Of a stretch of DNA of 64,000 nucleotides, positions 44,532 through 53,093 are shown one piece after another. The stretch's first letter is position 1, and the number at the start of each line of letters is the position of its first letter. Made by a program: the position numbers and the translations under genes. The notes under the pieces are model-generated. The model worked only from the letters and a program-made list of their open reading frames with translations. It had not been told where the DNA came from and made no database searches. The stretch spans positions 310,001-374,000 of the IMG/VR virus record IMGVR_UViG_3300046660_000488; one strand, written 5' to 3'.

Positions 44532-45509
44532 ATGATCCGGGCGATCATCGTTGACATGGACGGGACGCTCGCGAACGTGAAGCACCGTCTGCATTATCTG
44601 AGCCGCTTGCCCAAGGGCATGTCGAGCTTCGAGACCTACCATGGCCTGATCGACCAGCCCAAGGACTGGACGAGCTTCCATGACGCCTGCGTGGACGACA
44701 CGCCCATCGAAGCGGTGGCGTGGCTGGTCACGGCCCTGTTCGCCACCACGAGCCTGTCGAGTGGCAAGTACGCCATCGTCATCGTCTCGGCGCGCCATGA
44801 GCCCTATCGCGAGCGGACCGAAGCGTGGCTGGCCAAATTCGGCATCCCCCACGACCGCCTGTATATGCGGACGGACGAGGACACGCGACCGGACCACGAG
44901 ATCAAGGCGGACATCCTCGCCCAGATGATGGACGACGGATACGAGCCGTGGCTGGCCATCGACGACCGGCCGGAGGTCTGCGACATGTGGGAGAGCTTCG
45001 GGATCGCGGTCCTGCGGTGCTCCTACGAGGACGTACAGGCCAAGTACGCTGGCAAGGTGATGGTGACCCTGCTCGTCGGCCCGTCCGGCGCCGGGAAGTC
45101 CACCTACGCCAAGAAGCACTTCAAGCCGGGCGAGATCATCGAAACCGACGCCATCCGTGAAGCGGAAGGTTTGGGTCATGATCCGGACGCGCTGGCTCTG
45201 ACCTTCAAGCTGGCGCGCGGCTATGCCAAGGCGCGGCTTGATGCTGGCCTGCCGGTGGTCATCGACGCGACCAACCTTCGCAAGAAGGATCGCGCCCATT
45301 TCACCCGGCTCGTCCCGACCGGCGCGTTGATCAAGTACGTCCTGATCGACCGCAACTACGAGGACAAGGTCGAGACCAAGGGCGACCGGCTCGCCGACAT
45401 CGTGGACCGGCATCACCGGTATTTCCGCGACACGACGATGAAGGACATGAAGCTGGCCGATGGGCTGGGCAACGTCATCGTCGAAGACAAGCGTATCGGT
45501 CGCCGCTAA
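44532..45509 (+). CDS. polynucleotide 3'-phosphatase/5'-kinase (PseT-like, phosphatase first)
   Basis: N-terminal HAD DMDGT, IDDRPEV; C-terminal P-loop GPSGAGKST and IDATN. Confidence 0.88.
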   Translation: MIRAIIVDMDGTLANVKHRLHYLSRLPKGMSSFETYHGLIDQPKDWTSFHDACVDDTPIEAVAWLVTALFATTSLSSGKYAIVIVSARHEPYRERTEAWLAKFGIPHDRLYMRTDEDTRPDHEIKADILAQMMDDGYEPWLAIDDRPEVCDMWESFGIAVLRCSYEDVQAKYAGKVMVTLLVGPSGAGKSTYAKKHFKPGEIIETDAIREAEGLGHDPDALALTFKLARGYAKARLDAGLPVVIDATNLRKKDRAHFTRLVPTGALIKYVLIDRNYEDKVETKGDRLADIVDRHHRYFRDTTMKDMKLADGLGNVIVEDKRIGRR

Positions 45510-45529
45510 CCCGGCGGCCGATATTCTCG

Positions 45530-45559
45530 TTGACGAATTTCTATTTTCGGGCGTATGAT
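45530..45559 (+). promoter_or_regulatory. sigma70-like promoter
   Basis: TTGACG-N18-TATGAT. Confidence 0.45.
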
Positions 45560-45585
45560 CTCGCGGAATCTCGTAGGAGAATGCC

Positions 45586-46269
45586 TTGCTTCGCCATGTC
45601 CGCCACGTCCGAGAAATGCCGTTCCTCGCCAAGCAATGGTCGCTGATCCATGACGCCGAAGGCATGTTTCCGGACTGGAAGGAATTCTGGCGGATCATCG
45701 AGTGCTACAATGAGAAGCACCGTTCCTACCACGCGCTCGACCACCTGATCTTCGGCCTCAAGGAAATTGAACGGCTGGGCAAGGAATTGTCCAACCGCAC
45801 GACCGTGACCTTGGCCTATTTCTACCACGACATCCGCTACGACCCGCACCGCAAGGACAACGAGGAAGTCAGTGCCATCCAACTGCGCGAGTACGCTCAG
45901 CGCCGGGGCTTCAGCCCGCATCGCACGACGATCTCGTTCAACCTCGTGATCGAGACCTCGCGCCACATGACGTCCAAGCTGCGCTCGCCGCACTGGAAGC
46001 TGATGAGCGACGCCGACATGGCGATCTTCGCCACGCCGCCCAAGACCTACATGAAGTACGCCAAGGGCATCTGGTCGGAATACTCGTTCGTCGGGATCGA
46101 AACCTACGTCGAGAACCGCTGCAAATTCCTCAAAAGTCTCGACGGCCTGAAAATCCTCTGGCTTCCTGACGGGGCCATGACGAAGGCCGAGCGCAACAAT
46201 ATCGCGCAGAAGAACGTCGCTCTCGAACTGGCGACCCTTCAGGAATGCCCGGCCCTAATCACTGGCTAA
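45586..46269 (+). CDS. HD-superfamily metal-dependent phosphohydrolase (COG4339-like)
   Basis: RSYHALDHL, YFYHDIRYDP, DNEEVSA, DADMAIF; AGGAG RBS. Confidence 0.8.
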   Translation: MLRHVRHVREMPFLAKQWSLIHDAEGMFPDWKEFWRIIECYNEKHRSYHALDHLIFGLKEIERLGKELSNRTTVTLAYFYHDIRYDPHRKDNEEVSAIQLREYAQRRGFSPHRTTISFNLVIETSRHMTSKLRSPHWKLMSDADMAIFATPPKTYMKYAKGIWSEYSFVGIETYVENRCKFLKSLDGLKILWLPDGAMTKAERNNIAQKNVALELATLQECPALITG

Positions 46270-46331
46270 CGGGAACGGCCCACTGTCGCGGTGGGTCTCA
46301 TAGCGCACGTCTTGGCACGCTTCACATAGAT

Positions 46332-46367
46332 AAGCCCCGCCCTTTACAGGGACGGGGCTTTCTTTTT
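46332..46367. terminator. bidirectional terminator
   Basis: AAGCCCCG/CGGGGCTT stem followed by T run. Confidence 0.75.
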
Positions 46368-46394
46368 GACAGTCTGAGCAGGGCATAGCCCTAT

Positions 46395-47735
46395 TTACTT
46401 GGTCTCTTCGACGTAGGCGCCGTGCAGCGCGTCGGTGAACAGGGTTTCGAAATCGATGCCCTCGGGGATGCCGCCAGCGACCACCAGAGTGGGGCTGATG
46501 GACGACAGAAGCTCTTGTGCCGCTTCGATCACTTCGTCGCGGGTCACCGACCGGTAGCGGTCGAGCAGGACTTGGTCCGACTCCGCCTCGCCCTTGGCGA
46601 ACAGTTGGGTGGCGACCGAGTCCGTCACATAGTCCGGGTTACGGTTCTGGGACAGTTGCTGGAGGATGATCTGGTTGCGCGAGCGCGTCCAGTCGGCTTC
46701 GGTGACTTCGCCCTGCGCGATGCGAACCAGTTCGCTGATCGCCGTCTTCAGAAATTCGACGACGTTGCCGGTCGAGGCCGAACCCTTGATGACGAAGAGC
46801 GACAGGTCTGCGTTGCGGAGCAGGCCCGAGCCCACCGAATAACAGAGAGCCTTGCGCTCGCGGGTGTTCTGGAACAGCGGTGAGGACATGCCGCCGCCCA
46901 GCACGTTGGCCAACATGGCGTACTTGGTCAGCGACAGGTCAATCGAGCCCGGCGCCGGGAAGGCGACGTACATGTGCGATTGCTCGAAGCGGTCGTCCTC
47001 GTGGATGGTCACGCCGCCGACGTACTGGGCCGGTTCGATGGCGACGGCCGGAGCGCGCTCCAGATGGCCGAAGTACTTCTCGCCCATGGCGACCAGAGCG
47101 TCGTGGTCCACGTCACCGGCCGCGATCAGCAGCATGTGCTCCGGGTGGTAGAAAGTCTTGACGTAGTTGAACAGGTCGTCCTGCGTGAACGACATGACAT
47201 TTTCGGACGTGCCAAGGATTTCGCGGCCCAGCGGAGTGTTGCCGTAGGCCGTCAGGTCCAACTGGGCGCGGGCGATGTGCGAAATCTTGTCGCCGTACTC
47301 GGCGATCTCTTCGCAGACCACGCCCTTCTCGCGCTCGATCTCGTCCATCGGGAAGGTGGCGTGACAGACGATGTCGGCGAGGATTTCCACCGACTTCTCC
47401 ATGTGCTCGCTCAGGCCCTCGACCAGATAAGAAGTGGCGGCCTTGCCGGTGGCGGCATTCACGTAGCCGCCGAGCACTTCGATCTGTTCGGCGATTTCCT
47501 TGACGTTCCGGTGCTTCGTGCCCTTGAACAGCACGTGCTCCAGATAGTGGGTGATCCCGTTCAACTCGCTGGTCTCGTTGCGAGCGCCGACCTTCGTGTA
47601 GACCGTGACCTGAACCTCGCCCGGCGTGGGACGCACGGCGCTGACCACGCGCAACCCGTTCGGGAGCGTGGTGATGGTGACGCCTTCCTTGGCGGAGACG
47701 ATGGTGTCGGGTGCGGTCTGGGTCAGGTTGGTCAA
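46395..47735 (-). CDS. M16 family (pitrilysin/MPP-like) zinc peptidase
   Basis: TLPNGLRV, HYLEH inverted zinc motif, NAATG, EREKGVVCEEI, LGGGMSSPLFQ; TTG start after AGGAG. Confidence 0.92.
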   Translation of the reverse strand: MTNLTQTAPDTIVSAKEGVTITTLPNGLRVVSAVRPTPGEVQVTVYTKVGARNETSELNGITHYLEHVLFKGTKHRNVKEIAEQIEVLGGYVNAATGKAATSYLVEGLSEHMEKSVEILADIVCHATFPMDEIEREKGVVCEEIAEYGDKISHIARAQLDLTAYGNTPLGREILGTSENVMSFTQDDLFNYVKTFYHPEHMLLIAAGDVDHDALVAMGEKYFGHLERAPAVAIEPAQYVGGVTIHEDDRFEQSHMYVAFPAPGSIDLSLTKYAMLANVLGGGMSSPLFQNTRERKALCYSVGSGLLRNADLSLFVIKGSASTGNVVEFLKTAISELVRIAQGEVTEADWTRSRNQIILQQLSQNRNPDYVTDSVATQLFAKGEAESDQVLLDRYRSVTRDEVIEAAQELLSSISPTLVVAGGIPEGIDFETLFTDALHGAYVEETK

Positions 47736-47868
47736 AGGAACTCCTTGAAACTGAAAGAGCACGGTAGACTGAAAACACGATCTCGTCAACCAGTTTTACT
47801 CTGTGCTGTATAGATTTCTCTCAGAATAGCAGAGAGAAACGCCAAAACCAATTTCCACGTTTGGCCGC

Positions 47869-47875
47869 CTAAATA
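47869..47875 (+). promoter_or_regulatory. late promoter motif CTAAATA
   Basis: 4 nt before ATG 47880. Confidence 0.65.
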
Positions 47876-47879
47876 AGGG

Positions 47880-48494
47880 ATGGCCAACGAAATCGACATC
47901 GAAAAGATTCAGGAATCACCGCACCTTCTGGACATGCTGCTCCAGATGGAAGACGTGCTTGATTCGCTGGACATCTACGTTTTCAAGAACTGGTACAAGG
48001 GCGAGGTGGTCGAAGGACCCGGCGTGCGTCGGTATTGGCTCGATTTCACGCTGAAGTACAAGCACAACCAGATGCCCGATCCCAAGGCCGCCATGCGGTT
48101 GATCAAGCACGGCATCCGCGTTGACTTCTCCAAGGGTACGGAGAAATCCAAGGAATACAACGCCAACTACGATCAGACGGTTCACGACGACACTGTTCCA
48201 GTGCAGAAGGGCGACGCCCCGCCGGAAGAGAAAGACGTTCGCCCCGAGGACACGGTTTGGCTGGTGGCCATCAGCATCCCGCGTCGCCTCGTTGCTGAAC
48301 TGTCGGCCGAGCAGATCGACAACGAATACGACGACGAAGTCGATATCGAGGACGTCGATGACGCCATGGATACCGGCATCGACGACGAGAGCGAGGTCAT
48401 GGCTGACGAGAACGGCGCGTCCGCTGACGGCGCGGCTGATCCGATGGCCGACATGGGCGGCGCGCCTCCGCCTCAGCAGGGAGCGCCCCAATGA
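47880..48494 (+). CDS. phage protein with acidic C-terminus
   Basis: LDIYVFKNWYKGEVVEGP..RRYW; late motif. Confidence 0.75.
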   Translation: MANEIDIEKIQESPHLLDMLLQMEDVLDSLDIYVFKNWYKGEVVEGPGVRRYWLDFTLKYKHNQMPDPKAAMRLIKHGIRVDFSKGTEKSKEYNANYDQTVHDDTVPVQKGDAPPEEKDVRPEDTVWLVAISIPRRLVAELSAEQIDNEYDDEVDIEDVDDAMDTGIDDESEVMADENGASADGAADPMADMGGAPPPQQGAPQ

Positions 48495-49249
48495 TGAAAC
48501 TGGTTGAAGGTATGCGTCACGGCGATCTGGAAGACATGGTCCTCCAGATGATCAGCGTGGACGAGTACGAGAGCAAACTGGACGATTCGGCAATCGTCAT
48601 CGGCTTCTATGTCAACGACAAGGACGCGGCCGACGACCTGAACCGCTTCATCCAAAAGTCGGCGGTCGAACTGCTGGACACCGAGGTGTCTCCGGCTCCG
48701 GACCAGCACGGCTACTACATGGTCTTCGTCGAGCTTCTGAACGACATCAAGATCGTGGACAACATTGAGGCGATTTTGGCCGAGGTCTCCGCATTGGTTG
48801 CGGACGACAAGTGGCAAATGCAGGTCTACGGCATCGACAAGGTGCTCGATTTCTCGCGTAAGGTACTCAAAAATAGGTTCGATCAGCTTCGCCACGAGCC
48901 CAAAAATGACGACGACGAGCGCACCGAAAACGAGAGCCGCGTGGTCGAATTTTTGGAAAACAGCGATCTGTCAAATGCTCTCTATGAAAACGAGCATGTT
49001 GAGTTGACTTCGCTCTGCGGTAACTTTCGTGGGCTCGTTGTGAGCATGGGATCGTACGAAGACGTGATCTCGCGCAATGGGCTTGAGAATACCGCAATCT
49101 CCATGGAGTTCGCCCATATTAGCGAATGCCGGGTGTTGTCTCAAATGCTCGGAGAGAACTGGGTGCCTATGCGTATTGGTGACTACGTTTTGCTCCAGCG
49201 ACATGACACCGATGATGCCCTGTTGCTCAGAAAACCGCTGTTTTTCTAG
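48491..49249 (+). CDS. phage hypothetical protein
   Basis: ISVDEYESKL, IVIGFYV..KDAADDL; ATGA overlap. Confidence 0.75.
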   Translation: MMKLVEGMRHGDLEDMVLQMISVDEYESKLDDSAIVIGFYVNDKDAADDLNRFIQKSAVELLDTEVSPAPDQHGYYMVFVELLNDIKIVDNIEAILAEVSALVADDKWQMQVYGIDKVLDFSRKVLKNRFDQLRHEPKNDDDERTENESRVVEFLENSDLSNALYENEHVELTSLCGNFRGLVVSMGSYEDVISRNGLENTAISMEFAHISECRVLSQMLGENWVPMRIGDYVLLQRHDTDDALLLRKPLFF

Positions 49250-49355
49250 TCAATAGCGGAAATCAGTCGGCGGACCGAAAAAGCGTTTTGCACAACGTCA
49301 GCGGCTGTGCGATTGTTTCCATCGCTAAGGGGACTTTAACGTTTACGGGGTTCGG

Positions 49356-49697
49356 ATGTCTGCGTCGTTCGCGGAAATGCCTTCTGCTTCATGGAAGAAG
49401 CTTGACAATTGGAAAAAGCCGAACCTGCGTCCCTCCTTCACCGAGTTGCGTGCGGCCAAGCCCTCTTTTGAGTTCGTCGAGAAACCTGCCGTTTTCGTCA
49501 CGCTTGACGATGTCGTGCTCTTCGATATGCGCGACTGGATTCATAATCGTGTCGCCAAACACGGCGATGAAAATTGCCGCCAGTACGAAATGTACGGCCG
49601 TTTCCATGTCCGGCAGTTCGAGGTCGATTACGTCGGCGCCTCGTTCCGCTTCCTCGACATCCAAGACGCGGTTCTCTTCAAGATGTTCTGGGCCTAA
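49356..49697 (+). CDS. hypothetical protein (paralog family)
   Basis: C-terminus FRFLDIQDAVLFKMFWA. Confidence 0.65.
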   Translation: MSASFAEMPSASWKKLDNWKKPNLRPSFTELRAAKPSFEFVEKPAVFVTLDDVVLFDMRDWIHNRVAKHGDENCRQYEMYGRFHVRQFEVDYVGASFRFLDIQDAVLFKMFWA

Positions 49698-49747
49698 CCC
49701 ACACAACTAGAAGAGTAATATACATCCACCTACACAGAGAGCCCTCG

Positions 49748-49754
49748 CTAAATA
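49748..49754 (+). promoter_or_regulatory. late promoter motif CTAAATA
   Basis: Upstream of TM-PAS pair. Confidence 0.6.
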
Positions 49755-49809
49755 AAGCCGAGGGCTTTTTTGCGTGGTGGTTGCTGTGGAGGGATTTCTA
49801 GGGTCGTTG

Positions 49810-50052
49810 ATGAGTCTTTTGACAAGTGGGAAGAGCGCGGCTGACGTGCTCCCCATTGTCATGAGTCTTGTTATTTGGCATCTACTCGTCGAGCGAAAGA
49901 AGCTCATTGAAGACAACAAGAAAAAAGACGAGAAGATTGATAAAATTTTGGACGATTACTACAAGGGAAACCTGACCCTCACTGAGGCTCTGAATTCCTT
50001 GAAGCTCGTACTTTATGAAATTCGTGGCAATATTACATTTCGTCGGGACTAA
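49810..50052 (+). CDS. single-TM coiled-coil protein (start may be 49774)
   Basis: VLPIVMSLVIWHLL TM then charged helix; ends 3 nt before PAS gene. Confidence 0.65.
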   Translation: MSLLTSGKSAADVLPIVMSLVIWHLLVERKKLIEDNKKKDEKIDKILDDYYKGNLTLTEALNSLKLVLYEIRGNITFRRD

Positions 50053-50055
50053 ACT

Positions 50056-51258
50056 ATGATCTGGCCGTTCAATTCCCGTCGCAAAGTGGATGATCGCCGT
50101 GAGCGCGACATTCTCCGCGATCTGCGCGTGTTGGAAAGCCAGCACGCGCTGCTCGAAGCTGCGACGCAAACGGCCGATGCCGCGAATGTGGTCACCAACA
50201 GCCTGCGCGCCCGTCTTCAGGACAGCATTTCGCAGTTCGAGAACACGGCCCGCATCCTGAATGACGCTTTGGTCATCTGTGACCTTGAAGGCAAGGTTCA
50301 GGCGTTCAACCCAGCCGCTGAGCGCATGTTCAATCTCCCGGCTCGTGACGCACGCGATGCCTTCGTCGGCGACCTGCTGGAATGGGGCGACACCGCGCTG
50401 ACGGACATCGAGTACGTTTGGGAGCTACTGAGCCGCCTCGAAAAGGAAGACGACGACGGCGCCACCCTCAAAGGTGTAGCGTCTAATGGCCGCACCTTCC
50501 CCATCGACGTCAACCACACGCGCTTGGATCGCTCGGACAACTCGGCCATCGTCCTGCTGGTCATCCGCGACATCACGCCATGCGCTGACATCAAGGTCTC
50601 ACTGAAGAGCTACCGGTCGATCTTCGACTCGGCGTTCGACTGCATCCTCGTCATCGACAACGACGACATCGTCGCCGCCAACCCGGTCGCCTCGGAATTC
50701 TTCGGCTACAGCGCAGAAGAGCTTCTAAGCAAGCGTCTGGACGATCTGATCGTCACTGGCCGCCACGACCTCTCCAAGGCCTTCAGCACCGGTGACGACG
50801 CCGTGGACCTGAAAGGCAAGATCGCCGATCACGACGGTCACCAGATGGAAGTCACGTTCACCACCACCACGATCTGGTGGAACGGACGCCCGGCCGCACT
50901 GGTAACGATCAAGGACACCACGAGCGTGTACGTGCGCGCGCCGCAGATCGAGAACTTGATCTGCTGCTTCAACGACAAATTCAAGATCACCTTCGTGAAC
51001 GCGGCCTTCGCCTCGTTCTACGGTCTTGGGCGCGACAAACTGGTTGGGTCGGACATCCGCGCCCTACAGCCGGAGAACGACCGCAGCGCCTTCCTGATGC
51101 ACCTGAACGGGCTGACGCCACAAACGCCGAGCCGCCGCATGCAGCTTCGCACACGCGATCATGACGGCGCCATCTGCACGCAAGTGTGGACTGACAACGC
51201 GACCTTCGACGACGATGGCGTCGAGTATCAGCGTATCGGCCACGTCACCCGCGATTAA
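50056..51258 (+). CDS. coiled-coil plus three PAS domains, no output domain
   Basis: FNPAAERMF..IRDIT, ANPVASEFFGYS..IKDTT, VNAAFASFYG..VTRD; stop directly after third PAS. Confidence 0.88.
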   Translation: MIWPFNSRRKVDDRRERDILRDLRVLESQHALLEAATQTADAANVVTNSLRARLQDSISQFENTARILNDALVICDLEGKVQAFNPAAERMFNLPARDARDAFVGDLLEWGDTALTDIEYVWELLSRLEKEDDDGATLKGVASNGRTFPIDVNHTRLDRSDNSAIVLLVIRDITPCADIKVSLKSYRSIFDSAFDCILVIDNDDIVAANPVASEFFGYSAEELLSKRLDDLIVTGRHDLSKAFSTGDDAVDLKGKIADHDGHQMEVTFTTTTIWWNGRPAALVTIKDTTSVYVRAPQIENLICCFNDKFKITFVNAAFASFYGLGRDKLVGSDIRALQPENDRSAFLMHLNGLTPQTPSRRMQLRTRDHDGAICTQVWTDNATFDDDGVEYQRIGHVTRD

Positions 51259-51881
51259 TGGTGTAGGTCGCCCCACACCTTCATCAACCGATCCAGATAC
51301 GCATTATCTTCCGCCTCGTAGCGGTCGGCCGCGTCCATGTAGTGGTCGTAGAATTCCTCGTCGGTCGTCGGATAGTCCAGAGACTTGCGCTTGCGGCGCT
51401 CGACGTTCCACCAGCGATACAGGATCGCAGCTTCACTCCACGCCTTCTCCAGCGGCCCGTAGACGTCCTGACCATCGGTCTGGGCGCGTAAATCAGCGCA
51501 ATGGCGGTCGATGTTCTCGGCCGTGGCGTAGTAGCGCTCGACATGCTCGGAGAACACCTCGAAGGTGGCGTTGAGCATCCGGATGTCCGTCCCGTGCCAG
51601 CCGGGCTTCAGATAGCGCGGGCGGATGACGTGCTGCTGATGGGTGGTGCGGGATTTGACCCACCAAATCCATTTGTCCAGCGTCCGCCAGTACACGCGGC
51701 GTAAGCCCATGGGCACGGTCCGGGTGATGAACCAGCGCACCGGGAACCGGCTCTTGCGGAAACGGTCGATCCGCTTCCACTTATCGCAGGTCGCGCCCAC
51801 CGGCCCGGTCATGATCAGCCAGCCAAGACCGAACGGCTTTTTCTGCCGGACGTGCCGGGTCTTGCTGTGCATGATGTCCAT
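51255..51881 (-). CDS. hypothetical protein
   Basis: 208 aa, Trp/Arg-rich N-terminal half. Confidence 0.65.
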   Translation of the reverse strand: MDIMHSKTRHVRQKKPFGLGWLIMTGPVGATCDKWKRIDRFRKSRFPVRWFITRTVPMGLRRVYWRTLDKWIWWVKSRTTHQQHVIRPRYLKPGWHGTDIRMLNATFEVFSEHVERYYATAENIDRHCADLRAQTDGQDVYGPLEKAWSEAAILYRWWNVERRKRKSLDYPTTDEEFYDHYMDAADRYEAEDNAYLDRLMKVWGDLHH

Positions 51882-51884
51882 GGG

Positions 51885-52223
51885 TCAACCCCTAAGCCAA
51901 ATCAACCAGATCGCAAACCAGACCAGCTTCGCACCATAGTGCAGGAACTGGTCGGTCTTGTAGCCGATCTTTCCTTCGCACTTGGCGAAGTCGATCAGGC
52001 CGTGAGCGACGGTCTCGGCGAGGGCCAGCCCAACCGATTGCGTCAAGACGCCGACCACCGCGCCGTGGATCAGGCTATGGGCCGACAGGATGAAGGGCCA
52101 GTGGTCCTTGCCCTGCGGCATGTTGCGGTTCTTTCCGAAGGCGACGTATTCGCTCTGGGAAGCATAGTCAGCCCAAGCGTGGCCCGCTATCAGCAGGAAC
52201 AGGGTCAGGAGTGGGGTAAACAT
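51885..52223 (-). CDS. DUF3307-like membrane protein
   Basis: GHAWADY..Q, HSLIHG, HGLIDFAKC, DQFLH. Confidence 0.75.
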   Translation of the reverse strand: MFTPLLTLFLLIAGHAWADYASQSEYVAFGKNRNMPQGKDHWPFILSAHSLIHGAVVGVLTQSVGLALAETVAHGLIDFAKCEGKIGYKTDQFLHYGAKLVWFAIWLIWLRG

Positions 52224-52881
52224 CGGGTTTCAACTTTCGCAATGCGTCAAGTATGGCTTTGTCCACGGCGGCTTTGTGATTGGCCTTCAAGGACTCGTAT
52301 ATTTCCTGTTCGGCTACCGAATTGTCGCCTTCCAAGGTTTCGAGAATTTCCTTCTCGATGGTGCAAGGCCCTTGGGCCGCCCGCATGCTGGCGAACGTCA
52401 TCGGTTCGCTGATCTCGACAATTTCGAAATCAGCCTCGACGATCTTCAGCTTTACGGATCGGAAAGGCGTATCTTCACCATTCGCGCCAAACCGCCCGCC
52501 ATAGGGTCCGGGTCCACCGTCCACGAACATCGCGCCCGTGGAGTCTTGGCGCCAGTCGTGGTTCCAGCGGCTGAAGATGACCTCGCCGCCGATTTCGTAG
52601 CCGTGCCATTCGTACTCGGCCGCCGACGTGGCGTCGCAGATCATCAGCTTGTCATCGTGGACGAACAGACCGAAATAGTGCTTGTGGCCTTTGCTCAGGT
52701 CCGGCTTCTTCTTGTAGAAAACCGACACCGGAGTCTGGTTCCACTGCCCATCCCGACCTTTGAGCGCGAGGTCAGCGATGTATGTGGCCTCGTAGGCTGC
52801 TTCAGCCTTGTCGATGATGATCCCGGTGTAGGGAGCGCCCTTGTTGATCCAGATAACTTCAGCCAAAGCTGCCACCATCAA
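52168..52881 (-). CDS. hypothetical protein
   Basis: 237 aa ORF in minus-strand run. Confidence 0.65.
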   Translation of the reverse strand: MMVAALAEVIWINKGAPYTGIIIDKAEAAYEATYIADLALKGRDGQWNQTPVSVFYKKKPDLSKGHKHYFGLFVHDDKLMICDATSAAEYEWHGYEIGGEVIFSRWNHDWRQDSTGAMFVDGGPGPYGGRFGANGEDTPFRSVKLKIVEADFEIVEISEPMTFASMRAAQGPCTIEKEILETLEGDNSVAEQEIYESLKANHKAAVDKAILDALRKLKPDVYPTPDPVPADSGPRLG

Positions 52882-53089
52882 GCCTAATCGTACTACCGAG
52901 AAGCTTCTGCGTTTCGCGAAGATCGTCGGATAGAGACACGTTTCGTTGCAAAACCTGACCGATGGCGGCGACCAGATCGTTGGCCTCCGCCATCGGCAGG
53001 CGAAGCTCCTTCGAGCCGGTTCGACCGGCCTGACGGACCTTCGCTATAAAAGCATCGATTCCTTCGACGTTCAGTTTCGTAGACGACAT
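52859..53089 (-). CDS. hypothetical protein
   Basis: Start MSSTKLN directly after RNase H stop. Confidence 0.6.
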   Translation of the reverse strand: MSSTKLNVEGIDAFIAKVRQAGRTGSKELRLPMAEANDLVAAIGQVLQRNVSLSDDLRETQKLLGSTIRLDGGSFG

Positions 53090-53093
53090 ATTA

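Noticed and set aside
46390-46400. GTAAATA late motif on the minus strand
   Set aside because: Coincides with the M16 stop codon and points at no gene
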